A stretch of DNA of 64,000 bases. It comes from an uncultured bacterium (GTDB lineage: Bacteria > Actinomycetota > Coriobacteriia > Coriobacteriales > Eggerthellaceae). Where the stretch lies: assembly GCA_905215325.1 (NCBI GenBank), contig CAJMPP010000005.1:11454-75453 (forward strand), given 5' to 3'. Positions 45,635-54,886 of this stretch are shown piece by piece (the first letter of the stretch is position 1; each line of letters opens with the position of its first letter). The position numbers were made by a program, and so were the translations under genes. The notes beneath the pieces were generated by a model that worked only from the letters and a program-made list of their open reading frames with translations, was not told the DNA's origin and searched no databases.

Positions 45635-47155
45635 CTACTTCGCCGTCTCCAGATACGGGGAATTACGGCTTTGCTCGATCTCGTACATGGCCTGCACGTT
45701 CTTCAGCTCGTAATCGTTGAGCTGCGAGGAGGATATGGCGTCGAACTCCTCGGGCGTGTACGTCTGCGTGTACCAGCGCTTCGTGGCGAAGTAATCGGTC
45801 AGGTCCTGGTTCTTGAAGCCGCGGCCGTGGCGCGCGAATACCTCGTTGCGAGCAAGGCAGAGCTCCCACAGCGACAGCTTCTCCAGCTCGGAGCGCGAGT
45901 AGTACTTCGAAGCGCTGCCGGGCAGCACGTAATCCTGCGAGCTCACGCTGGTATCATAGGAGGAAACGCTGGTCACAGGCACATACGTATGCGAGATCTG
46001 CCCTGCGAACGGACCCGAATCCGAGCAGCTGAGCAGCACGGTGCGCGTAGCGGAGGTGCTGCCGGGGCACGTGGAGGTGAACACCACGCGGCACATGGAG
46101 CGCTGATCGTCGTAGATGGACTGGTAGATCTGGCGAAGCGCCTGCGCCAAGTCGTCCGACGCAGCATCGTAGTAAGTGCCGTTGCAGCTTGACGCCAACG
46201 ACTGCAGCGAGCTGCGGTTCACATCGCCGCCCACGCCCACGATGTAGACGGGGATGCCCGTTTGCTGGGACAGCGTGATGACGTCGTTCAAGCTGTAATT
46301 GCTGCTGTTCTCCTCGCCATCGGTGAACGCTATGACCACACGCGAGCCCGATTTCAGGTTCGTGCGCTGCAACGCCCAGTACAACGCGTCGTAAAGCGCC
46401 GTCTCGCCGGTGGGCGAAACCGCATCGATGGCGCTGTTGAGCAGCGCGGCGCTCGAGGTGAACGGCTGGCGATTGTACACGTAATCGTTGAACGAGGTGA
46501 TCTCAGCCGCATTGCCCTGGGTTTTCACCATCTCGTCGACGAACGAGCTTGCCGCCTTCTTGGCGCTGTCCATCTTGCTGCGTGCCCTCATGGACCCGCT
46601 CTGGTCGACCACCAGGTTGATGTTCATGGCATCGCCCACGGCAAGCGGGACCACCTGCTCGACCGTCGCCGCATACTGCGAGCCGGATGAATCGGTTTCC
46701 GTGACGGCGAACTGCGACGCGTCAAGGCCGCTTGGCGTGGAACCCGCCTGATCGGCGATCTTCGTATACAGCGTGACCTGCGGATAGGCGGAATTGTCCA
46801 CCTGCGACACGAACATCGTCAACGGGCTTTTCGGCTCCGAGGACGTGGTTGCGGGCTGGCTTGATGCCGCAGGCTGCTGCACCGTCGTCGGCGTCTGGAC
46901 GCTGCTCGAATCGGCATCCGAGGCATCGTCGCCGCCAGGCCACAGGAAATACAGCGCCGCGGCTATGGCGACGATGGCCACGACCACCCAAATGGTCGGG
47001 ATGTCGCCGATGGATTTCTTCGAAGAAGCGTTGCCGGCTGAAGCAGCGCCCGAAGCGGACGACTTGCCGCCGGACGCCGAACTGAGAGCCTTGCCGCACG
47101 ATGAGCAGAACGCGTCCCCGTCTGTGACCGAGGCTCCGCAATGGGGGCAGAACAT
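45635..47155 (-). CDS. Zinc-ribbon / TM / von Willebrand factor A / YARHG-domain protein
   Basis: 506 aa. Zinc ribbon CPHCG...CSSCG, one TM (IWVVVAIVAIAAALYFLW), an S/T/P-rich linker, vWA MIDAS VVDQSGSM...TALYDAL...FTDGEEN, and a C-terminal YARHG domain (LARNEVFARHGRGF). Confidence 0.8.
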   Translation of the reverse strand: MFCPHCGASVTDGDAFCSSCGKALSSASGGKSSASGAASAGNASSKKSIGDIPTIWVVVAIVAIAAALYFLWPGGDDASDADSSSVQTPTTVQQPAASSQPATTSSEPKSPLTMFVSQVDNSAYPQVTLYTKIADQAGSTPSGLDASQFAVTETDSSGSQYAATVEQVVPLAVGDAMNINLVVDQSGSMRARSKMDSAKKAASSFVDEMVKTQGNAAEITSFNDYVYNRQPFTSSAALLNSAIDAVSPTGETALYDALYWALQRTNLKSGSRVVIAFTDGEENSSNYSLNDVITLSQQTGIPVYIVGVGGDVNRSSLQSLASSCNGTYYDAASDDLAQALRQIYQSIYDDQRSMCRVVFTSTCPGSTSATRTVLLSCSDSGPFAGQISHTYVPVTSVSSYDTSVSSQDYVLPGSASKYYSRSELEKLSLWELCLARNEVFARHGRGFKNQDLTDYFATKRWYTQTYTPEEFDAISSSQLNDYELKNVQAMYEIEQSRNSPYLETAK

Positions 47156-47206
47156 GTCAGATCCCTTTCCTTCCAGTTAAGCGCCGCTTGACGTTGTCGC
47201 CGAAAG

Positions 47207-48025
47207 CTAGCGCGCCGCACCGTCATGCGTGCGTGCTTCCTGATAGCTCCTCAAATAGCCGGCGAATTCCTCGGACGTATCCGAATTCCCCGTTCGCCAG
47301 GCCTTATGGTCGATGATAGCGCTTTCGAACCCATAATAGGCGTCGATGTAGGCGATCAGGTCATCGAGCGCCTGCAGCTGAGCCTGCGGATAATCCCCCG
47401 AACCGCCCACGTGCACCATCTCGATGCCCACCGAATACGAGTTCATGCCGTAATCTGCCATGGTCGAACCGATGGGAACGGTTCCCAGCTTGTCGTCGCG
47501 CGATTCGTCCTCCACGCCGAACTGCGCGTTATGCCCCGTATCGCCGTATCCCGCATGGTGCACGATGGCGTCGAGCGGCGCGCATTGCGCCACGGACCCG
47601 TCCTTGTTCACGATGAAATGGGCGGCCACCAGGTTGCCGTTGCCCGCCCAGTAGCTCACCACCGATGCGGCATCGCTGTCGCCCTCGGTGTCATGGAGCA
47701 CGATGTACTTCTGGCATTCCGCCGGCTTTTGCCCGTGCACGAACTGCTCCTGCGACAAATCGACGATGGAAAGCTTCGCACGCAGCTCATCGGCATTTTG
47801 CGCTTGCTTCTGCTGCGCGACGTCCCCTTCGGAGAGCTGTGACACCTCCTGATCGGCAGAGCCGTTGCGCGGCACATCCGCCACGTTCTCGAACCGCTCC
47901 CGCTCCTGCGATCCCGGCTCCTGCGCATTGTCGCCGCCCGAAACGCAGCCGCACGCGGCCGCCGATAGCGCGCACGCAAGCGCCACAACGCATATCTTGC
48001 ACGCGATGACGTTACCCCTCGCCAT
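47207..48025 (-). CDS. N-acetylmuramoyl-L-alanine amidase (Amidase_2/PGRP fold), lipoprotein-like
   Basis: The track ORF is 47207-48214. ATG 48025 is preferred, with AAGGAGGGAA upstream (MARGNVIACKICVVALACALSAAACGC...). Motifs: IVLHDTEG, AAHFIV, VGIEMV. Confidence 0.85.
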   Translation of the reverse strand: MARGNVIACKICVVALACALSAAACGCVSGGDNAQEPGSQERERFENVADVPRNGSADQEVSQLSEGDVAQQKQAQNADELRAKLSIVDLSQEQFVHGQKPAECQKYIVLHDTEGDSDAASVVSYWAGNGNLVAAHFIVNKDGSVAQCAPLDAIVHHAGYGDTGHNAQFGVEDESRDDKLGTVPIGSTMADYGMNSYSVGIEMVHVGGSGDYPQAQLQALDDLIAYIDAYYGFESAIIDHKAWRTGNSDTSEEFAGYLRSYQEARTHDGAAR

Positions 48026-48171
48026 AGATTCCCTCCTTGTCGTAGCGCAAGCATCGGCCGATTCCCGCGGCCCGGGCCAGCGCAATGCGACCGACTCCCC
48101 TGCAGCAGCCTCGTGCACGCACGGGCGCCAAAGCAAAACGCACGCCACAGCCAACCTGCCGCACGCCGCTT

Positions 48172-48180
48172 CCCCCCCCC
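48172..48180. repeat. C9 homopolymer (G9 on the amidase strand)
   Basis: The sequence reads CGCTT CCCCCCCCC GAAC, about 150 nt upstream of the amidase ATG. Confidence 0.9.
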
Positions 48181-48528
48181 GAACAGACGCGGAATCGAAC
48201 CTGCGCCCGCACACCGCAGCCTAGCCACCGCAGTCCGCTTTCCCGCCGAAACGCAATTGCAACACCCGGGCCCGATCGCAAGGCTGCCAAGCCGTAACTT
48301 CTTATTTTGCTCCAAGATACGCTCGCCACGATACCCCGGCAAGGCCCCTATCTGGCTAAATGCGCACATAGGCGGCAAATGCCGCGAAAGCCGAAGGCCC
48401 ACCCTGGCTGGCCGACGAGCACGCAGAGCCACAGCGCGCCCACACAGCTGCGATACAATAGGGCAAGCAACGCGACGCCGTGTATCAGCGCACCGTCGCA
48501 TCCGCCCCAAACGCAAAGGAGCTCGCTT

Positions 48529-48840
48529 ATGATCGTCACCTCCGCAGACGTGGTACCCGGCCAAAACGTCCAAGTCCTCGGGCTGGTACGCGGCAACATC
48601 GTCACCTCGCGCCATATCGGCCGCGACATGATGGCAGGCATGAAGGAGCTGGTGGGCGGCGAGATCAAGTCGTACACCGAGATGACCGACCAAGCCCGCA
48701 CCGTGGCGGAGGGCCGCATGATCGCCGAAGCCGAGCGTCTCGGCGCCGACGCCGTGGTGGCCATGCGCTTCTCGAGCAGCTCCATCAACCCCGGCACCAT
48801 CGAGATGCTGGCCTATGGCACCGCCGTGAAGTTCGTATAG
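48529..48840 (+). CDS. YbjQ/UPF0145-family protein
   Basis: ATG 48529, with AAAGGAG upstream. 103 aa: MIVTSADVVPGQNVQVLGLVRGN...AVVAMRF...YGTAVKF. Confidence 0.85.
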   Translation: MIVTSADVVPGQNVQVLGLVRGNIVTSRHIGRDMMAGMKELVGGEIKSYTEMTDQARTVAEGRMIAEAERLGADAVVAMRFSSSSINPGTIEMLAYGTAVKFV

Positions 48841-48951
48841 CCGCTGCCCGCAGCACCTTATCGGGGCCCGTTCGCCGCGCTCCGCCGACCCCGCCCTATC
48901 CCGATTGTCCGCCCAACCGGCGGGCAGCGCGGCATCTGGAAGGAACGCCCC

Positions 48952-49467
48952 ATGTCAACGCCCGAGTTCATCACTAACCTGCGCGAGAAGATCGGCAACG
49001 ACCCGCTGTGGCTCACCGGCATCACCGCCTACGTGGAGGACGCCCAAGGCCGCATCCTGCTGGGCAAGCGCGCCGACACCGGGCAGTGGGCGCTCGTCTA
49101 CGGCATCGTGGAACCCGCCGAGGAGCCGGCCGACACCTGCGTGCGGGAAGCCCTCGAGGAGACAGGCGTCGACATCGAGCCCGTATGCCTGGTCAGCGTG
49201 AAGTCGTCCCCGTACATGGTCACCTACGCCAACGGCGACCAATGCCAATACATGGACCTGCTGTTCTTCTGCCGACCCCGCGAAGACGGCAATGCGCAGC
49301 CCCGCGTCGCCGACGACGAAAGCCTGGAAGTAGGCTGGTTTGCCCCGGACGCCCTTCCCCATCCGTTGGCAACATCCACGCAATCACGCCTGGAGCTGGT
49401 GCGACGCTTCAAGCAAAACGCCGCCCAGGGCAACCCCGCCTGCCTGTTCGCCAGCACCATCGCTTAG
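48952..49467 (+). CDS. NUDIX hydrolase
   Basis: 171 aa. Nudix box GIVEPAEEPADTCVREALEETGV. Confidence 0.85.
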   Translation: MSTPEFITNLREKIGNDPLWLTGITAYVEDAQGRILLGKRADTGQWALVYGIVEPAEEPADTCVREALEETGVDIEPVCLVSVKSSPYMVTYANGDQCQYMDLLFFCRPREDGNAQPRVADDESLEVGWFAPDALPHPLATSTQSRLELVRRFKQNAAQGNPACLFASTIA

Positions 49468-49502
49468 CCAGGGGTGACGCCAAAGTCAACGCCGCCCAAA
49501 AC

Positions 49503-49580
49503 CCGGACAGATAAGCCTCCGTCCCCAATTGTCCGGCTTTGGACGGAAGACAAATCGGGGACGGAGGCTTATCTGTCCGG
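49503..49580. repeat. Second locus of the GGACAGATAAGCCT...TGTCCGG repeat, as an inverted pair
   Basis: CCGGACAGATAAGCCTCCGTCCCCAATTGTCCGG at 49503-49536. Its partial reverse complement GGGGACGGAGGCTTATCTGTCCGG at 49557-49580. It has two substitutions relative to the 36.7-kb copies. Confidence 0.85.
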
Positions 49581-49610
49581 CTGCCGAGCACGAGCCTGAC
49601 GCACCCTCCA

Positions 49611-49764
49611 AGTTCTGGGCGGTTTTGCAGCTTTTGGGGCCTGAATTTGCCAGGGCTGCAGAAGTTCTGAGTGGTTTTCACGCCCATTTCCCGCAAGCGT
49701 CCGACGAAAGCCCTGGTCACGTTTCCCTAAAAGACGCTTTCGAGCTGCAAAACCGCCCAGAACT
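49611..49764. repeat. MITE-like unit bounded by perfect 21-nt terminal inverted repeats
   Basis: AGTTCTGGGCGGTTTTGCAGC at 49611-49631 and GCTGCAAAACCGCCCAGAACT at 49744-49764. An internal degenerate direct copy, AGTTCTGAGTGGTTTTCACGC, is at 49663-49683. Homologous to 43547-43622. Confidence 0.8.
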
Positions 49765-49878
49765 TCGCCCCGTCCATTTCGCTTTCTGCAGAATTCCTCG
49801 AAATCACGCGGTTGGCACCATACCGAACGCGCTCGGGCTTTACCATCTCCTTACCTTCTCTTCACACTCGAAGGCCAG

Positions 49879-50580
49879 ATGGGAGTTTTCATGCACAACC
49901 GCACTACCGCGCACGCCTCCGCGATCGCCGCCGGCGTGCTCCTTGCGCTGTTCGCCGCGCTCACGGTTTCGCTGATGTTCGTAGACCGCCAACCTATCGC
50001 AGGCGATGGCAGCTTGGTGGGCCTTGCCACCTTCAACCTTGATGCCCGAGCCATTCTCGGGCAAAACGACCTCATGGAGAAGCTGTCCAACATCCTGCTC
50101 ATCGTGCCCGCCGTCAGCGCGCTCATGCTCGCCATAGTCGGCTGCAAGCAGCTGATCCGTTCCCGAAGCTGCGGCGGGGTCGATCGCGATCTTTGGCTGC
50201 TGCTAGGAACCTACGCTGCCATGCTGGTGCTATACGTGCTGTTCAACTGCATCTCGCCCAACAACCGGCCCATCCTGGAGGACGGCGTTTGCGAGCCGTC
50301 GTTCCCCTCATCGCACACGCTGCTGGCCGTCACCATGTGCGGCACGGCCATGATCCAGGCCGTGCAACGCATCCGCGAAGGCGGCCTGCGTACCGCGGCC
50401 CTGGTCATCTGCGCCGCAGGCATGGTGGGCATCGTCGCCGCACGCGCCATGGCGGGCGTTCACTGGGCCACCGACATCCTCGGCGGCATCCTGCTCGGCG
50501 CGACCCTGGTAGCCGTCTACCACGCGATAGCGTTCGCTAGCTACGGCAAAGCCTCACGCGGAAAGCACGCAAGACGCTAA
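49879..50580 (+). CDS. PAP2-family (type 2 phosphatidic acid / undecaprenyl-PP type) phosphatase
   Basis: 233 aa, 5-6 TM. Motifs: PSSH and ARAMAGVHWATD. Confidence 0.75.
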   Translation: MGVFMHNRTTAHASAIAAGVLLALFAALTVSLMFVDRQPIAGDGSLVGLATFNLDARAILGQNDLMEKLSNILLIVPAVSALMLAIVGCKQLIRSRSCGGVDRDLWLLLGTYAAMLVLYVLFNCISPNNRPILEDGVCEPSFPSSHTLLAVTMCGTAMIQAVQRIREGGLRTAALVICAAGMVGIVAARAMAGVHWATDILGGILLGATLVAVYHAIAFASYGKASRGKHARR

Positions 50581-50653
50581 CCGCAAACCCGAACAACGAT
50601 CCGGCAGCCTCCCCCACCTCGGTATCGCGCCTGCCTCGAAACTCGCACACACA

Positions 50654-50697
50654 AGAAACCCTTCTAATTCCCGAGCTCGGGAATTAGAAGGGTTTCT
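50654..50697. terminator. Perfect 44-bp palindrome between convergent genes; probable bidirectional terminator
   Basis: AGAAACCCTTCTAATTCCCGAG|CTCGGGAATTAGAAGGGTTTCT. Exact reverse complement. Confidence 0.55.
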
Positions 50698-50824
50698 CAC
50701 GACAGCAGCCAGAGACTCTCATGCTGACGACCAGCACATCGCCGACAACGGCAGGTGTAAGCGACGATCGACATGCTTACCATAGCAGCACCTCAGCATG
50801 CCCTCAGACACCGACGACGCCGAT

Positions 50825-51166
50825 TTACTCCCAGCCCTTCCAGACATCAGGCTGATAGCCCACCGTGGCCTTCTTGCCGTTGCGGACCACCGGCTCGCAC
50901 AGCACCTGCTGGTTGTCGAGCACCTTCTCGAACTTTTGGTCCGCCGCCAGATACTGCAGCAAAGCCACGGTATCGGCATCCTTGGCGTCGGGGTTGATCA
51001 GCTTGTCAAGGCCGCCGACGGCGTTGGCCACCGACTGCAGCTCGCCTTTGCTCATGCCCTTTTCCTTCAGGTCGATGAACTGGAAGCTGATGCGACGCTC
51101 CTTGAAGTAGCGCTGGGCCTTCTTCGTGTCGAAGCTTTTCTTCGTGCCGAAAATCTGGATGTTCAC
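50825..51166 (-). CDS. ArsC/Spx/YffB-family protein lacking the N-terminal redox cysteine
   Basis: 113 aa: MNIQIFGTKKSFDTKKAQRYFKERRISFQFIDLKEKG... This is a thioredoxin-like ArsC-family fold. The position usually held by Cys in the N-terminal motif is Ser here. Confidence 0.75.
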   Translation of the reverse strand: MNIQIFGTKKSFDTKKAQRYFKERRISFQFIDLKEKGMSKGELQSVANAVGGLDKLINPDAKDADTVALLQYLAADQKFEKVLDNQQVLCEPVVRNGKKATVGYQPDVWKGWE

Positions 51167-51185
51167 GCAAACGTCCCTTCAAATC

Positions 51186-54100
51186 CTACAGCTGACCGTG
51201 CCCATGATACGCCCGCGCAAGGGCGCGGCCCATCTCTTCGGCATCGGCCGCATCAAAACGATACGACACCGTCTGGGGCTGTCCCGGCGAGCTGGCGCAA
51301 TCCTGCTCGACGCGCACGAACACGCATTCCACCTGCGCATATCCCTCCAACAACACCGCATACGCGTAGCATGTGGCCTGCAGCAGGTGCTTCTCGTGCA
51401 GCTGCTCGGCGGTTTCGGCAGGCGAGCCGCCGGTCTTATAGTCCACCACCAACGCGCTGCCTGCCGGCTGCTTGCGCGTGCCGGCGGGGGCAACGCATGC
51501 CAGCAGGTCGATCTCGCCCTCAAGGTAGGCCGCATCGCAAGTGCCGCCCACACGGACAAGGAACGGCGCCTCAGGGCTCACGCTTTCGCACGCACCCGCA
51601 CGTGCCGCTATATCGCTGGCGAACCACCGCTCGAGCGCCGCATCCAAGCGATCGCGCTGCTCGGCGGAAAGCTCACATGAACGCTCGAGCGCCCGCTGGC
51701 GCGCGGCATCCGGGCGCTCAAGGGCGCAACCCGGCCGCCAAGCCAACGCCGCAAGCTGCGCCAAACGGTGAAACGCCGTTCCCAGGCTTGTGGCCGCATC
51801 GGCGTCGCGCGCGCCTAAAGAGGCGCTGGCGGCATCGTCGGCCGCATCTTCCACGGAGAAGTCGGCGAACCCTCCGCCGTCCTCGGCGATGGAGGAATAG
51901 CTGAACATGCCTGCTCGCGCACCCTTATAGGGCTTGCCTCGCTCGGGCTCGTAGGGCCTTACCACGGGAAGGGCGATCATGCCCGGCTTGCCGCCGGCAG
52001 GGCCGGGCGCGGCCTCGCCGGCGCCCGATTCGCCATCGGTCGCAACGCCATCTGGCGAACCGCTGGCCGCAGGCTCATCAATGCCCAGCCCGCCATCAGC
52101 CTGCAAGGCCGCGCCATCCGCATCGCCAGATACCGTCCCCAGCAGCTCCTCGACATCCGCCGGCGTCAGGTGCACGCATTCCACGCGCGCCGGCCGCTGC
52201 CCGCCGAAGTCGAACATGCTCACGCCCGGCTCGAACACGCAGCACTCGCCCACCAGCGCCGATTGCACATCGCCCCAGCAGCTCTTCGACAAGCCGGTGG
52301 CGTCGGCTTTCGACGACTTGCCGCGCATGGACACCACGAGGGCCTCCTTCGCGCGCGTAAGCGCAACGTAGAGCAAGCGCCGCGATTCGGCGGCCTCGCC
52401 GCGCTCCTCGTGCAGCTTGATTGCCGCACGCCTATCGGCGGGAAGCTGGCTGCGCGAGACCATGGCGGCGAGCTCTTCGTCGTCGAACTCGCAAAACGGC
52501 TGGTACGACCCGCTCTTGGCCACCAACGAGGAGGTCTTTTCCTTCAAGCGCTCGAGCACATGGCCGCCGTCGAGCGACACGTAGGTGCGCCCTTCGATCG
52601 AGCAGCACTCCAGCGCCTGCGACCGCGCCGCATCGTCGCGCAGCTCGGCCACCGCCACGATGGGGAACTCAAGTCCCTTGCTGGCATGGACGGTCATGAT
52701 GCGCACGAAATCGCCGCCTTCGGCCGACAGCGCGCCCGGCGCCTCCTTGGCAAGCTCCACGCGCAGCGCCAGCTCGTCGGCCACGCCCGCGGGCCCCATG
52801 CCGCCAGCCGCCTCCATATCGCGCGCCATGCGGATGGCCTTGTACACGTTCCCCGCGCGCGCCAGCCCCTCGGGGCCGGCAGCCTCAAGGCGCGCAAGCC
52901 ATCCGGAATCGGCTACGATGCCCTGCATGATGTCGGCAAGCGCCACGTTTCCCACCTGCTCGGACGCTCGGCGCATCAGGCTTGCGCACGCCGCAAGCGC
53001 CGGCGAGACCGCGCGCCCCGACGCCACCTTGCGCTCGATATGGCGAAAGCCCTGGTCGAACGCCCGCCTGCGAGGGATACCGCGCTCCTCGTCCATGCCC
53101 GTGGACAGTTCCAGCAAGTCATCGGCGGACAGGGCGAACAGCTCGCTCGAGAGCACCTCGAACAGCGCCGTGGTCCACTTCGGGTTCGCGATGGCCTGCG
53201 CCAGGCGAACCATAAGCGCCACCTCGGGCGCACGGTTGAAGATGGAGCCGCCGGCCACCACGCACGGAAGCCCCTCGGCCCGCAACGCCTCAGCATACAC
53301 GTTCGCGCGGCCCATGCCGCCGAGCAGCACCACCATGTCGCCCGGCCTGTGCCCGGCCGCCGCGAACTCGGAGAACGACTTCGCCACGCGCCGCGCCGCC
53401 ACGGCCGCCGCATCCGCAGACGACACGTCGCGCGACGGGGTCACGGTCACCTGCACCTGCACGCGAGGCCCATCGGGCAGAAACGGGCGCTTGACCCTGG
53501 ATTCCTGGCGCCCCGGCGCCAGCGACATGAACTCGGCGCCGAACACCTGCGGCTGCTCGAAGATGCGGTCGCACAGCGCCAGCACGTCCCCGTGGCTGCG
53601 GAAGTTGTCCGGCAGCTCGATGATGCCCTCGGGGTTGCGGCGTCGCACATCCTCCAGATGGCGACGGTACACTGACACGTCCGCGCCGCGGAACCGGTAG
53701 ATGCTCTGCTGCGCATCGCCGACGGTGCACATGCGCGAGAAACCCTCCCCGGCCATGCGCTTGATCATGTCCACCTGCAGCTGATCGGTGTCCTGGAACT
53801 CGTCCACCATCACCAGCTTGAAACGATCGGCGTACGCCGCCTGGATGGCGGGATGGTCGCGAAACGCGCGGGATGCGAAGGCCAGCAGGTCGTTGTTGTC
53901 CAGCAACCCCGCCTCGCGCTTGCGGCGCGCGAACGCGTCCGCAACCGACCTCGCCACATCGATCAGCGTCGCCAGCTGCTCCTGCACCAGCCCGCAACGT
54001 GCCTGCGCGGCGATTGCGAAATACTGTTCAGCCAGCTCGGCGGCCTGTTCGCCATACGGCGTGTTCTTGCCGAAGTTGCGACCGGGAACGGGAAAGCCGT

Positions 54101-54884
54101 TCATGGCCGAAAGCACGCGTCGGTACGTGAGCCCGTCGGAGCCGCGCCCGACCAGCTCGCGCGCGCCCTCCAATGCATCCTGCGTTGCTACCAGGAACTT
54201 GTCGCGCGTGGAACCTGGCTTGACGCCGTCGGCCAAGGCATACGCGGTTTCGGCGACGTCCGCCAGCTGCGCAAGCAGTTTGATCGGGCTCGGCGCCTCG
54301 GGGGGCGCCACCACCGACACCATGCCGTCGGGATGCGCCGAGGCGGCCTCGACCAGCTGCCGCACCATCCCCTCGACCGACGTCGTGCGCGGACCGGCCG
54401 GGTGCACGTCGAACGATGCGAACAGCGCATCAAGGCGCTGCGGCGAAACGCCTTCGGCGACCGTGACCAGGTCATCCCTGCCGCCAAGCACCTCCTCAAG
54501 TGACGCGTCCAGAAGCGTTCTCACCGTGGCCTCGTCGGCAACCTTGAATGCGGGGTCGAGTCCCAGCTCAAGCGCATGCGCGCGAAGGATGCGCGAACAC
54601 ATGCCATGGATGGTGGATATCCACGCCTCATCGGTTTTCAGCGCCTGCTCGGTCATGCCGCCGGCGCGCAGCGCGCCCTTCACGCGCGATTTGATCTCGC
54701 CCGCCGCCTTCGACGTGAAGGTGATGGCCAAAACCTGGTCGATGTCGGTCAAATACCCGCTTTCCAACGCATGCACGATGCGGCGGGTGAGCGTGAACGT
54801 CTTGCCGCTGCCGGCGCCGGCGCTCACCGCCAACGGCTTGTCCAGCGTGTTGACGCACTTTTCCTGGCCGATGGTCAACGCCAT
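51186..54884 (-). CDS. addA: AddA-type ATP-dependent helicase/nuclease (UvrD-like helicase plus C-terminal PD-(D/E)XK nuclease)
   Basis: The track ORF is 51186-54932. ATG 54884 is preferred, with GGAAAGGAGGGG upstream. Walker A AGAGSGKT, helicase motifs DEFQDT and VGDAQQSIYRFRGA, C-terminal nuclease GEIDLL...VVDYKTG. Confidence 0.85.
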   Translation of the reverse strand: MALTIGQEKCVNTLDKPLAVSAGAGSGKTFTLTRRIVHALESGYLTDIDQVLAITFTSKAAGEIKSRVKGALRAGGMTEQALKTDEAWISTIHGMCSRILRAHALELGLDPAFKVADEATVRTLLDASLEEVLGGRDDLVTVAEGVSPQRLDALFASFDVHPAGPRTTSVEGMVRQLVEAASAHPDGMVSVVAPPEAPSPIKLLAQLADVAETAYALADGVKPGSTRDKFLVATQDALEGARELVGRGSDGLTYRRVLSAMNGFPVPGRNFGKNTPYGEQAAELAEQYFAIAAQARCGLVQEQLATLIDVARSVADAFARRKREAGLLDNNDLLAFASRAFRDHPAIQAAYADRFKLVMVDEFQDTDQLQVDMIKRMAGEGFSRMCTVGDAQQSIYRFRGADVSVYRRHLEDVRRRNPEGIIELPDNFRSHGDVLALCDRIFEQPQVFGAEFMSLAPGRQESRVKRPFLPDGPRVQVQVTVTPSRDVSSADAAAVAARRVAKSFSEFAAAGHRPGDMVVLLGGMGRANVYAEALRAEGLPCVVAGGSIFNRAPEVALMVRLAQAIANPKWTTALFEVLSSELFALSADDLLELSTGMDEERGIPRRRAFDQGFRHIERKVASGRAVSPALAACASLMRRASEQVGNVALADIMQGIVADSGWLARLEAAGPEGLARAGNVYKAIRMARDMEAAGGMGPAGVADELALRVELAKEAPGALSAEGGDFVRIMTVHASKGLEFPIVAVAELRDDAARSQALECCSIEGRTYVSLDGGHVLERLKEKTSSLVAKSGSYQPFCEFDDEELAAMVSRSQLPADRRAAIKLHEERGEAAESRRLLYVALTRAKEALVVSMRGKSSKADATGLSKSCWGDVQSALVGECCVFEPGVSMFDFGGQRPARVECVHLTPADVEELLGTVSGDADGAALQADGGLGIDEPAASGSPDGVATDGESGAGEAAPGPAGGKPGMIALPVVRPYEPERGKPYKGARAGMFSYSSIAEDGGGFADFSVEDAADDAASASLGARDADAATSLGTAFHRLAQLAALAWRPGCALERPDAARQRALERSCELSAEQRDRLDAALERWFASDIAARAGACESVSPEAPFLVRVGGTCDAAYLEGEIDLLACVAPAGTRKQPAGSALVVDYKTGGSPAETAEQLHEKHLLQATCYAYAVLLEGYAQVECVFVRVEQDCASSPGQPQTVSYRFDAADAEEMGRALARAYHGHGQL

Positions 54885-54886
54885 GG

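Noticed and set aside
48181-48270. Intact tRNA gene on the minus strand
   Set aside because: Only a T-loop 11-mer with a bulged stem is present. There is no complementary acceptor 5' strand, D-arm or anticodon arm. I kept it only as a possible tRNA 3' remnant.
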